Shown here piece after piece: positions 12,901 through 25,376 of a DNA stretch of 62,496 nt. Each line of letters begins with the position of its first letter. The stretch's first letter is position 1. The stretch comes from Ginglymostoma cirratum (lineage: Eukaryota), in the NCBI GenBank assembly GCA_024137785.1, contig JAHRHZ010000049.1, positions 17,913,667 to 17,976,162 on the forward strand, given 5' to 3'. The notes beneath the pieces were generated by a model that saw nothing but the letters and a program-made list of their open reading frames with translations, was not told the DNA's origin and ran no database searches. The position numbers and the translations under genes were made by a program.

Positions 12901-14589
12901 TATTTATTTAGTCTTCACCCAATGAAAAAGAATAATTCCCTACTGCTGTATATATCTGAGGCACTCTATTAGTGCTGATGTTAGGCACTCACCCCCTTCA
13001 TTCTCCTTTATCATTTTCCCAGTGTGATATTGACCTTGCGCTCTTTCTGCAGTTATTCAACAATCTATCATAAAACTTTAAGAATGACTGTTTTGTTGCC
13101 AGATCATATTGAAGGTTTAAAAAGAAACTATTGTGGTAGAATTAATATATTTCCCTAGTTAATTGACTCGCTAATTTGCAGTCACCTACAGTTGTAGTTG
13201 ATTAATGGTAAATTGAATTATAATTTGTTGGATTCTTTAATTATCTTTTTTTCAGATTATTAACGTTCTGCAATCACAAATAGATCATATAATTTAACTT
13301 GTCCTATATATCAGTGGGAATGGATGAAACATTAGAATTTTTCACGTAATAGCCATCTTATTCCATTTACAGTTTTATTTTGTTGCACATAATGCAGTGA
13401 AAAGTTTTGCTTAGGAGTGAACAAGGTGAGTAAGTGGTAGCCTTTAACATTTGGTTTACTAATACAATTTTAAAAAAATAGAAGAGCAATGGTGTGACTG
13501 GTACAGTAACTGTTGTGTGATCTGCCTGTTTCATTACTGCCTTTCCTTTATAGTACTGAGGTGCAGTGCATAGCCAGGGGAATATCATGAAATGTGTGCT
13601 GTGTCATTCAATGAAATAGATTTCCATTATATTTCAAATGTTACTTTCAAAGATGTTCTTGCAAAAAAAAAATCATTTTATGTCTGTGATTTCTCAAAGT
13701 GCAATGTTTACCACTGTGGGTACATCTCAAGTAAAAGCATCTGATAAAAACAAAATAAAGGAAAGTATGTTATTAAATGAAATACAGAATGAATGTGTTA
13801 TTGGAGCAAAGAGATGTGATTTTCTTTTCAGTAAAATGGTGCATTTGTCGTATAGAGGTTTAAAACAGACGCAAAGAGTTCTGATATTACATATGCATGT
13901 CACTTTGTTCAGATTTTGCTCAGCAAATTATTCCAGTGTTAGTGAAATGTCGCGTAAAACTGTAAAGTGAATTTAATTATTTATTTCAGTAAGCTGAAAC
14001 TGGATCCTTCTGCCTGAGAATGCAGTCTAATCACAGTTAATAACATTTTGTTTCCTTAGATATTTTTCATTGTGAGAACATGCTGCATGTATTTTGGCTA
14101 TTGGAAATAGAGCTCAAAATTCATGGCATTTAAATATTTAAGTCACATGGCAAGCAACTGAAATTTTGAAATGTCTTGTACATTGGCCTTTGAGGATTAG
14201 AGCCTATGCTCACTTATTCATCAGAAACTAAAATGATGCAGATGATTTGATGGAGAGATTTCAGGCATACCACTGTTTATTAATGGAAGAGGACGACAGA
14301 AAAACCAAAAGAACCACAGAGACCTAACGATTCTGATTGAGGTACCATGGGAGGGAAAGCACAATTTTTTTCATATTTGCACAATTATCCCTAATAAATG
14401 CATTATCTGATATGCCAGTTTTATACTAACAAGTTGTTTTTGATAAAATAGAAACAGATTTATGTTTGGGTGCAATTTTGGTGTAAATGGTACCACCAAA
14501 ACTTTAAGCCAACTTTACCTGTGTTACATTATGCTTATTTGAACCTAAATCATACATTATTCATATTAGCGGAAAGAAAAAGGAGTTTT

Positions 14590-14950
14590 GAGGCACAAGT
14601 CAGAAATGTAATTTGCCTGGATGAGTATGGCTCCAGCAATACTGAAGAAACACAACACAATCCAAAAAGAAAACAAGCCATTCGATCTGCACCCCACGCT
14701 CCACTGTAAACATTCACTCTCACCAACACTAACGCACAGCACTTACAAATACAAAACGCACTGCAGCAATCTGCCAAGGCTTCTCAAACAGTACCTTTCA
14801 AAACTGTGAATTCTGATCCTGGAATGTCCTTTCTACAGCACCGTTAATGTACCTGTACCAGATAGATTGCAGCAGTTCACAAGGGCAGTTAAGGATGAGC
14901 AATTAATGTTGACCTACCTCAGCAATAACCATGTTCTGTGATAATATAAA
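14590..14950 (+). mobile_element. Degenerate LINE 3' region
   Basis: Similar to 6170-6373 and to the reverse complement of 17030-17560. Confidence 0.6.
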
Positions 14951-15819
14951 ACAAATTTCACATATCAAAATGTATTTGCCTCATCAACCCGCTCCAAATG
15001 AACACATTAATAAAGCAACCAAAGATTGTTGATGCAAGCTATTCTGGACACCATTTTACTGAGAGCATACTCACAAGTAGACAATAGTTCCCAGAAGGGT
15101 GGAGAATAAGCAGAACATGAGTGTAGATGATTTAATTCTGGCAGTGCCAATTTAGAACTTAATTCGCTATTCCCCTGTTCCTTAAAAATGCACAGCTGAA
15201 CATATATTCAAGAGGAGGTAACACCTACCACACCGCACCCATTCTCTGGAAACACTATTTAAAGTGATCGTGAGCTACATTCAGGTCAGGTGCTGATTGG
15301 TTTCTATTGGATACTGAGTATAGACATGTTTGGTGGTATGTAAAGTTGTTTGAGAGCATTGAAGGGAATGATGCAGGACATGCTGAAGAGGTTTAATCTG
15401 AATTTAAAGGTTGTGAACAAATAGTTTGTAGACACCTTTGGCCGATAGTGTAATATGGAGGAAATTACTTAGACAACAAATTGAAGACAAACTGTTGAAT
15501 TATGTCTCACAGTCAATATATCTTCAGAAGCGATGCTTATGCTATCGTTGCTGTGTCATAGCATGTGACCAGTGGGATCTCAGATATGACTTTAATTCAG
15601 AGCATGGTATCTGAAGCATGGCACACAAATGAAAGAATGTCACTCCTTGTTATTGAATAAATGAACACAGTGAGCTGTAATTAATATTCTGTTGGATTCT
15701 TAAATACCATGTTATTTACAATCTATATTTTTATGTTATGGGAGATAGCTTAAATATTGCTTCATTAAATAAAGATACCCAGCTGGAGTAAAAACACACC
15801 ACAAAATGCTAGGAGAGGG

Positions 15820-15960
15820 TATAAGAGGAGGAGAGCCTCCTCCTGAGGGGATTTCATTAGCAGACCATATATGCCCAAGGTGTCCAGGAACCAATTCTGC
15901 AATCTGGACTTCAGCAAGGATCAGCAATTTGGATGTCTCCACTTCACTAAGGGACTGGGA
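15820..15960 (+). pseudogene. Harbinger transposase N-terminal remnant
   Basis: Translates SRPYMPKVSRNQFCNLDFSKDQQFGCLHFTKG, resembling the RPYPPRVFR..YL.LSEEQC.RRLRFTKE start of Harbinger transposases. Confidence 0.5.
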
Positions 15961-16759
15961 GGAGTGTACAGTGAGTCAGCATCACTGTGATGGGAAAACA
16001 GACCTGAATGGGATGTTGATATGAGGATATGATTTTTCTGGCCTACTGTCTAGTCTGATTCCAAGCCCAGCCAGTTAGAGCAGAAAAAATACCAATGGGT
16101 GAAGAGCAGCAGTGGAGACAAAAGCCTGGGGAGTAAGGCTCAGATCAAGCTCAGTTGTAGCACTTGCTAAACCTCAGTAAGAGCCCTGCCAAAATCCAGA
16201 AAGGCTGGCACAAGTAACATGAGCACAAAACAGTGAGCGATTCATAGATAGTGGGTAAGTTATTATTGTCCACTTTAAAATTGAATTAAGGAAACTAAGA
16301 GCTCTAGTTTCTACTTTTTAAATGCAGACTTAATTACTTTTCAACTTGGCTTAAATTCAGGGTAAGAACTATTTTTAACTAAAAGCATGGCAAGGCGGTT
16401 GAGTGTTCTGTGTTAAATGGCCTGTAGTAGATAGAAAACCTTACATACTCCTGATAGTCTGGATGACCACAGGATGTACCATCAGTATGATCAACTTGAA
16501 CACTAGATTTGGAGATTAAGCGCTGACTGTAGGTGCAGTAGTGTATCAGTGAGGCTGCAGGTTATTTGGATTGTGTGTATTTAGATGTTACTCAGATCAA
16601 GGGATGAATGAATGGCCAACTGTGAGAAGAAGGAAAGTTAGCCAGAAGACCCATGGTACATCTCACTCAAGAGAGGGCTTGTTGTGTTTAAAAACACTGA
16701 GAGTGATGGTTCCTCTGGGAGTGCCATCAGAACCCAGATGTACATGGGGATAGCAGACA

Positions 16760-16910
16760 GATAGGAAGAGCAATAATGGTAGGAGACTCAATCACAAGGG
16801 GTGCAAACAGACATTTCTGCGGCCGTAGATGTGATTCCAGGATGATGTGTTACCTCCCTGGGGCCAGAGTCAAGATGCCACTGAATGGCTGCAGGGCATT
16901 CTGAAGGTTA
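16760..16910 (+). pseudogene. CR1 ORF1 remnant (SGNH esterase-like domain)
   Basis: Translates RAIMVGDSITRGANRHFCGRRCDSRMMCYLPGARVK, containing the GDS and LPGARV motifs of CR1 ORF1 esterase. Confidence 0.75.
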
Positions 16911-17678
16911 AGTTTGAGCTGTGTCATCTCAATGACTGACACAGTGTGGAGGTTTACTGTAAATGGCCTAACCGGATGATTATGGCCAACTCTGGCTCAG
17001 AATACCTGACCTATTTATTAAGTAACAGAACATGGGCTTTGCAGGAAAGGCCAGAACTTATTTTCCATCCCTAAGGGCACTTCAGAAGGTGGTGGTAGCT
17101 TGCCATTTTGAACCACTGCTGTCCATATGATTTAGGTAAAGCTACAATGCTTAAGTAGTGTGTGTTCCAGGATTATGATGCTATATCAGTGAAAGAGTGA
17201 TGATATGGTTAAAACTCAGGATAGTGCATGACTTGGACAGTAACATGTAAACGATCGTGTTTCCATGCCTCAGTTGGCCTGGTATTTTTAGATGGTAGAG
17301 GTCACAGGTTAAGAAGATGTTGTGGGAGCCACTAACTCGAGTGCATCTTGTAAATGGTACACACTGCAGCCACTATGCATTGACGGTGGATGAAGTAAAT
17401 ATTTATGGTAGTGCATGGAATGTCGATTATGTGGGCTGCTTCATTCTGGATGATGTTGAGCTTCTTGAGCTATGCAGGAGTTGCCCTCACCCAGGAAAGT
17501 GAAGAATGTTTCTAATCAAACTCCAGACTGAAGCTTGCATATGGGACAAGTTTTGGAATATCAGGAAGTGAGTTAATCACTGTAGAATTTCCAGCATTTG
17601 ACCTGCTCTTGTAGTCACAACATTTGTACGGCAGATCTAGTACAATTTCTGATCAATAGCAGCCCAGAGATGTTGACA

Positions 17679-18047
17679 GGCCAGCACAGTGGCTCAGTGG
17701 TTAGCAATGGTGCCTCACAGTGCCAAGGGTTTGCATTTGATTCTGCCTTTGGGTGACTGTCTCTGTGGAGTTTGCACATCCTAACTGTGTCTGCGTGGGC
17801 TTCCTTTGGGTGATCTGGTTTCCACCCACAGTCCAAAGATATGCAGAGTAGGTAGGTTGCCCATACTAAATTGCCAGTAGTGTCCAGTGATGTGCAGGCT
17901 GGGTGGATTAGCCATGGGAAATGCAGGTTACTGGGATAGGGTGGGGTTAAGGGGATGGGTCTGGGTGAGATGCTCTTCGGAGGGTCAGTGTGGACTTGAT
18001 GGGCTGACTGGCCTGCTTCCCTACTGTAGGAATTCTATGATTCTATG
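17679..18047 (+). mobile_element. HE1-type V-SINE
   Basis: tRNA head (gtggctcagtggttagca), V-domain (tgtggagtttgcacat...gtgtctgcgtgggcttcc), CR1-like tail ending attctatgattctatga; possible tgacag TSD. Confidence 0.9.
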
Positions 18048-18559
18048 ACAGTAGAAGATTCATTGAATATCAGGGGAAGATGGTTAGAATGTCTCTTATT
18101 ACAAACGGTCATTGCCTGCTACTTGTGTGGCATAAAGATTACATGCCACTCATCAGCTCAAACCTGAATGTCTTCCAGATCTTATTGTATCTAAGCAAGT
18201 TGTCTGAATGTTACTGAATAGTCATATCAAACATCCCCACTTTTGACCTTATGATAGTGGGAAGGTCGCTGATGAAGCAGCTGAAAATGATTGAGCCCAG
18301 ACACTATCCTGAGGAAGCCCTACACCAATATCATGAAGTTGAGATGATTGGTCTCCATAACCATAAGAATTTTCTTTTGTCCTAGGTATGACTACAACAA
18401 GTGAAGAGTTTTCCTCTGATTCCAAGTAAGCCATTTCTTTCTGGGGCTTTTTGATGTCACTCTCAATCAAATGGGACCTTGATGTCAAGTGCTGTCACTC
18501 TCACTTCACCTCAGCTCTGGAGTTCAGCTCTCTTTTCAATGTCTGGACCAAAACTGTAA

Positions 18560-18925
18560 CATAGGGACAACACAAAGAATAGGAGCAGGTATATGTCATT
18601 CAGTCCTTGAAGCTTGCTCTGCAATTCACTTTGATCATAGCTGCTCATCCAACTGAATACATTTTCTTCCCATTTTCTCCCCATGCTTTTGATCCCTTTA
18701 TCCCTAAAAACTACATCTAACTGCTTCTTGAAAACATTCAATGTTTTGGCCTCAACAGCTTTCTGTGGTCGTGAATTTCACTGGCTCACCATTCTCTGGG
18801 TGAAGAAATTTCCTCGTATCTGTCCTGAAAGGCCTTCTGTGCATCTTTAGACTATGATCCATGGTTCTGGACTCCCTAGTCTTTGGGAACATCCTTCCTG
18901 AATTTACCCCGTCTAATCCTATCAT
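18560..18925 (-). mobile_element. CR1 3' end nested in the older LINE
   Basis: Similar to 5600-5960; ORF 18752-18958 GRMFPKTRESRTMDHSLK is a CR1 ORF2 C-terminus. Confidence 0.8.
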
Positions 18926-20468
18926 TAGTTCAGGATCCAGGCTATCCTGATGGAACACAAACTAAGCATCAGTGATCAGCTTATTGCTGCGGTAAGTGCT
19001 GCTTGGTAGTAATATCAATGAAACCTTTCACCATTTTCTTCTTGATTGAGAACCAACTAATAAGGTGGTAATTGGTCAATTGGAGTTATCCTGCATTTTG
19101 TCTATCAACCATTCCTGGGCAATATTTTACACTGCAGGTAGATGCCAGTGTTATAGCTTTTTCTGAATAACTTGGCTAGGGTGTAGCAAGTACAGTAGCA
19201 TAAGACTTCAGTACTATTACTGGGATGTTGTCAGGGTCTATACATTTTGCAGTGTGCAGTACATTCATCTATTCTTGATGTCATGTGAACTGAATCAAAT
19301 TGGCTGAAGATTGGCTTCTGAGATAATGAAGAACACAGGAGGAAGCAGAGATGGGTCATCCACTCAGCACTTCTGGTTGAAAATGTGTGCAAATACTTTA
19401 GTCATGTCCTTTGCACTAATGTGCCAGACTCCTCTATCATTGAGGGTGAACATGTCTTGGAGTCTTTTCTTCTAGTGAGTTAATTATTGTGTACCACTAT
19501 TCATGACTGAATATGATGGGACTGCAGAGCTCAGATCTGATCTGTTGGTTCTGAGATTACTTAGAACTATCTGTAGCATGATTCCTCCACTGCTTGACAT
19601 TCATGCAGTCCTGTGTTGTGGCTTCAACGGGTTGTCATCTCATTTTAAGTTATACTTAGTGCTACTCCTGGCATTCTCTCTAACAAAATCTCTTGTAACC
19701 AGGTTTGATCCTCCGACTTTTTGGTAATTTTAGAGTGAGGGATTTGTCAGGACATGAAGTTCAAATTAAATGTAATTCTACTGCTACTGATCACCCACAG
19801 TGAGGCAAGAATGTCTGGTTTTGAACTGATAGATATGTTCACAATTTATCCTATTTCGTACCTGTGATTGAGGGTATCCTCAATGTGAAAACAGAACTTT
19901 GTCTCCACAAGAACAATGCAGTGGTCACTCCAACTAATACTGTTCATCCATGGATAGTTATATTTGAGACATATAGTTTGGGGAGGACAAGGTAAAATTG
20001 AATTGATTCTCCTGTAGGTTCATTCAGCACCTGCCACAAGCCTTACTGGCTGGTATCTCAGCCAAATCAGTCAGAGGTAGAGTTATTGACTCACTCTTAA
20101 TGATTACTATTGAAGTTACATGTCCAAAATGCATTCTGCACCATTGCTACCCTCATACTTCTTCCAAGTGGTGTTCAACAGTCAAGTGAAAGTGGGATGT
20201 GATTATCGGAAAGAGATTTCCTTGCCTGTGTTTGACCTGATGCCATGAGATGTCATGTGTCCAAAGTCAATGCTAAGGATTCCCAGGGCCCCTCCTCTTG
20301 TCTGTGTATTATGGTACTACACATCTAGTGGGTCTACTGTACTGTGAGGATGGGACCTACTTAAGAATGGTGATGGTGGAGTCAGGCACATTGGCTATAA
20401 AGTGGGATTCAGCAAGTATGATTATCTCATGACATTGTTTGACCATTCTATGATCCCATTCTCAAAAT

Positions 20469-21482
20469 CTCAGCACAAATTGCCACATGACAGTGAGAAT
20501 AAACTTTCAGGATTGACTGGACATTTTCCCATGCTTGATGTCGTGCTGTCTGCTCACTTTCTTGATGATGAACATGAAAGTTTCATTGATTGTTCACTAC
20601 GTATGGTTCACTACTCTTCTTTCAGGAAGGAAATATAACATACATCATTCATGATGATGGCAGACTGCACTAACATGGCATTGTGACATTCCACCACGAT
20701 CTGGCCACTTTGAATTTGTTAGGCATCTGAAATGAGAAAGGTACACGAGTGCTATAATGATGAGGAAAAGGGGCATAGTAAAGGGTATATGTTACCACTA
20801 TGTGAGACTGCAGGAAAAACGGATTGCAAGAAGAGTTATTTTTGAGGATGCATTATTGTCAAAGCTTTCAGCCTTGCAACTGTTCATAGGTTCAGTCAGA
20901 TCCATTTCAATGTCAATGGTCACAATCTCCTCTGTGATACAATCATATTGCTCTCAGTCAGTTTAATGCTCCTACCTTTAGAAATATGCCAATTTGACCT
21001 GAAGGAAACAGAAATTGCATTGTGTGTATCATGCAATATACTTGGGCGGTGTGACTGAAATTGTTTAATAGCTGAAAGTATGTTCAACCTATGAGATGTG
21101 GGTGTGAGAATTGCAGCAGTGCTAAGTATGTCAGGGTGAGCTGAAGCTGTGAATACTTTACCAGAAATCCAAAGAGAGATTATGTGTATGTCCTTTAGGG
21201 AAGGAAGTGGAACATAGAACAGTACAGCACAGAAACAGGCCCTCTAGCCTACCAAGTCTTTGCCAACCATGATGCCATTCTAAACCTCAGCACAAATTGC
21301 CACATGACAGTGAGAATAAATTTTCAGGATTGATTGGACATTGCTCGATATTGTGCTGTCTGTTCACTTTCTTGATGATGGGCATGAAAGTTTCATTGGT
21401 TGTTGTAATAGTTCATATTCCACCACTACTTGGCCAATTTGCATTTGTTGGCATCTGAAATGAGAAAGGTACATGAGTGCTA
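20469..21482 (+). repeat. Local diverged direct duplication (20469-20754 and 21286-21482)
   Basis: Both copies start ctcagcacaaattgccacatgacagtgagaataaa and end ggcatctgaaatgagaaaggtacaYgagtgcta. Confidence 0.9.
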
Positions 21483-22740
21483 AATTAATAAATTAATCCC
21501 ATCTGCCTGCATATGGTCCATATCTCTGTATTCCCTGCTCATTTATATGTCTGTCTAAATGCCTCTTCAACTTTGCTAATGTATCTGCTTCTAGCACCTC
21601 CTCTGATAATGCATTCCAGATATCTTCCACTCTGTGTAAAAAAAGGACTTGCTTCACTCAACCCCTTTAAACTTGCCCCTCTCACTTTAAACCTATGCCA
21701 CCTAGTATTTGACATTTCCGCCCAACTCTGGTGGAAAATGGGTCTGACGATCCATCCTATCTGTAACTCTTGTAACTTAATATACTTCTATCAAGTCGCC
21801 ACTCAGCCTCCGATGCTCGCACGTAAATAATCCAAGTGTGTCCAATCTCTCCTTCTAGCTGTACAGGTAACATCCTAGTAAACCTCTTTAGCATCCTCTA
21901 CAAAGCCTCCTTATCCGTCCTGTCATATGGTGACCAGAAGCGCACAAAATAATCCAAATATGGCCTATATAAATTCAGTAAATATGGAGCTGGAAAAGCA
22001 CAGCAGTCAGACAGCATCTGATGAGCAAGGAAGTCAACGTTTTGGGCTGAAACCCTTCAACAGTCCTGACGAAGGGTTTCGGCTGAAAACATTGACTTCC
22101 CTGCTCCTCAGATGCTGTCTGACTTGCTGTGCTTTTCCAGCCCCATATTTATTGACTCTAGCTTTCAGCATCTGAAGTCCTTACTGTCTCCATGGCCTAT
22201 ATAAAGTTTTATACAGCTGCAACATAACTTGTTAACTTGTACACTTAGTACTCTGACTGATGAAGGCAAGCATGCTGTATGCCTTCTTTACCACCTTACC
22301 CACTTTTGTTGCCACTTGCACCCCAAGATCCCTCCATATACGAATGCTCCTAAGGTCCTGCCTTTCACTGTATACGTTCCTCTTACATTTAACAGAAAAC
22401 ACATCACATTTTACGTGTCTAGCCTAAACTTCCCTGCCATTTTCCCATCCAACTTTTGAACTGATCTACATCCTCCTGTATCCTTTGACAACATTCCTCA
22501 CTATCCACAACTCCACCAATTTATCTGTAAACTTACTAATCAAAGTACTTACATTTTCATCCAAATCATTTTCATATGTTCCAAACAAGAGATCCCAGCA
22601 CTGATCCTTGTGGAACACCATTAGTCACAGACCTTCAGTCGGAAATGCACCCTCCATAACTACCCTCTGTCTTCTATGGCCAAGCCAATTTTGTATCCAA
22701 CTTATCAATTGGATCCTATGTGACTAATCTGTGATCCTTT
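21210..22740 (-). mobile_element. CR1 LINE, 3' part of about 1.1 kb plus insertions
   Basis: 3' tail gaacatagaacagtacagcacagaaacaggcc; RT remnants (revcomp tggtgttccacaaggatcagtgctggg = GVPQGSVLG) at about 22595-22620. Confidence 0.85.
21974..22191 (+). mobile_element. Fold-back (palindromic) short PLE-derived element with perfect 14-bp TSD
   Basis: Inverted arms 21975-22063 / 22066-22155, then a 3' tail; flanked by atggcctatataaa at 21960-21973 and 22192-22205. Confidence 0.9.
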
Positions 22741-22889
22741 CCTGGTCTAGCCCACATACCACTCTTAACTACTATCTAAATTGGCCTAGCAAACCATTAC
22801 ATTCAAAAACAACTAGGAATGGACAACAAATGCAATCCCACCAACTCTCCCAAATCCTACGAAATATCAAAAGACAGTGCTGCCTGTAT

Positions 22890-23270
22890 TCTGATTTTCT
22901 TCAAATCTAATTCATCCATCTACGTTGTGCTCACTGATTTACATTCTCTCCTGGTTACTAATTTCTGTTTTAAAATTATTATCCTCATGTTTGAATAACT
23001 ATTTCCAGACCTACAACCATGTAAAAGCTCTTGTACAACTCTCATTTGCTTCACTGCTACTGGTCACATCTTTAGCAGTTTTGGCATTAAATTCAGGAAT
23101 TCCCTTTTCAACATTTCTACCTTTCAAAGATCGTGCCTTCTTAAAGATTCTCTTTAAAACCCTTCTTTTTAACTAAGCCTCCAGTCATTTGTCATAGTTC
23201 TCCTTACTTTGACAATAATCATTTTTATTTAAATTATTGTTTCATGATGGCCTTCAGATAATTTTCTACA
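22890..23270 (+). mobile_element. Old L2-like LINE 3' end
   Basis: gtgctcactgatttacatt...ttttaaaattattatcctcatgttt...cttaaagattctctttaaaacccttctttttaactaagcc resembles vertebrate L2 3' regions; similar scraps at about 49050-49150 and 59250-59450. Confidence 0.5.
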
Positions 23271-25159
23271 TTAAAAGCCAGTGCAGATGTGCTGCTGTTG
23301 ATAAAGACTTTGAGCTGAATATTCCCAGTTGGATTGTGGTTCCGTGAGACATCAATTCCAGGACAGGTAACCAGTCGTGACTACTGTGGGACATTGATTG
23401 AAAAAGGCACGCAATGTAGTAACTACTACCTCCAGGAGCCCTGATAATTATCAATCAGTAGACCAGTGAAATTGGATACCCATTGGGACATATGCTCTAT
23501 AGGATTATAGAATGTTTAAAATCCTTCATGACCATAGCTGCCAGTGTGAAAGGGGACCCTCTTCACATTCACAGTTGTAACTATTGTACACCAGAAGGTT
23601 CATCCTCATGTTTCAGAGAGGAAGCTTCACCGCCCCATCTTCCTGCTGCCAGGTGCCCACCTCCAGCTCAATTCCAGGCACATTGGAGCTCCCAGTTGCC
23701 AATGTGCAAATCCCAGTAGCTCATCCTAAGATAGCCCAATGAATCTAATGGGCTCCCCATCACTGCTGGGGGGTGCCCTCCGCTGTCCTCACTCAGCCTC
23801 TGACAAGGTTATAAAATATTCCAAAGTGGTAGTATCCCTGAACCACTCATACAGAATTCCAGGCTAATATTCGAGCAGCATGTCTTCCAATCTCAACATT
23901 GTAGATTGTAACATTAAAATTCAATAAAACCTGAGATAATTGTTTGAAAGATGGGTGCATGTTACGGTGGTGACCTGCTGCACATTTTTCCAATTGCATT
24001 CCCAGACCTGCATTCTAAACCACCACAGAGGGACCATCAAGATTCAGCCCAATTCTTCCTCATCTGTCACAAAATGTATACGATATATAAAGCCTACCAA
24101 ATTCCTACATGTTGACGGTAAAGGTTGCAATTTTCACCAAAGAAAAACTGTCATGAAGATGAATATACACAGGTAACATTAGGATCAAATGTTTTTAGTT
24201 TAAATAATGTTAGTGTAAAGCAATGTTAATTTTTGCTTACGACATGCAATTTTCATTTCATTCTGTATTTAAATACCTTTATAGTGAGGCTATTAGAGGA
24301 TGCTTAGGCTACAAATAGAACTATTCAAGAAGGGCTATAATGCAGATACCCTCTATGTATACAACGTTTAATGATTTTGTTCATACCTTGTACACAAAAA
24401 ATGGAACCAAGTAATTTTAATGAAGGTGATGTATTTTAAGCAGCTGCAGATCAGCAAGGGTCAGGCTTGTTACCAATTGTCACTGTTTCAACTACATTAT
24501 TTATGTGCTAAAATTAAAGGGAAATTGTTTGAAATAAAGTATAAATATATCATCTCACAAAGTTATTTAATTTAAAAAAGAACAAGACACCTGGAGATTA
24601 AGGTGCATAAAGCAGTTTCTTACAGGGTATGATCCACTTAAGCTTTACCAGCTATTATAGGTATCAGTGCAAAGCTAATTTCTGAAACTATTTTATTTGA
24701 ACCAAGTGATCCATTTATACTCTATAGAATATGCAATATATTTGTGACTGTTTCACTCAACTACATAACACCAACCATTGTCTTATGAATGGATTTTTCA
24801 CTCTGTGCCCTTTAAAACATATCAGCAACATAATAGGGAATGATGAGCAGAATTTTCCTATTTTTGCTAAGGTGTTTTTTCAAGTGAGATTCTTGTGTTA
24901 GTCTACTATGGCCCACATGACTTTTCTCATGCAATCTTCCACTTTTCTTCATAGTAATTATGTAAGCAGCCACTACGGCACTTATTTTATGGAATTGTGT
25001 GCCTGGACAGGCTGAAGTGCTCACCGTTGCCAGAACTTCGAAACATTTACACTGCTGATGCTGTTTTTAAACTGCAGCCCACAGCACTTCAGATATACTG
25101 CAAGCCAGAAATTACTCTTCACACACGAGTCCTGCACTATCATCATCAAGGAAATAGCC

Positions 25160-25376
25160 ACAAAGACAAGTTAGAGTCTCAGTGTGCTGACAGGGGCTTG
25201 GACATGATGGAGTATGGAGTGCTGGGGCGAAGGGCAATGCCAACAGCTTTGAGGCCACACCATCAGACAGTCAGCCTGGACCGAAACAGCAGCCTGGCTC
25301 TGTGCTGTGTCCTGGATTAAAAGGAACACACATCAGTGCAGGAAGACAGTTAATGACCTTTCACGCTCTGCAAGAT
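25160..25376 (+). pseudogene. Harbinger Myb/SANT-like DNA-binding ORF remnant (exon 1)
   Basis: Frameshifted translation KLESQCADRGLDMMEYGVLGRR...SAWTETAAWLCAVSWIKRNTHQCRKTVNDLSRSAR fits the Myb/SANT-like (MSANTD) pattern W..IA..V......R...QCRK..NDL. Confidence 0.8.

Larger units (their letters stand above)
17030..20460 (-). mobile_element. Long decayed CR1/L2-group LINE (3' tail, RT and endonuclease regions) with nested insertions
   Basis: Tail at 17030-17200; RT segment at 18480-18560 and 18930-19220 homologous to 1500-1886; interrupted by an HE1 SINE and a CR1 piece. Confidence 0.8.

Noticed and set aside
17679-17760. tRNA genes (also at 40030-40103, 44310-44407 and 56651-56730)
   Set aside because: These are tRNA-derived SINE heads continuing into SINE bodies, with no intact cloverleaf.
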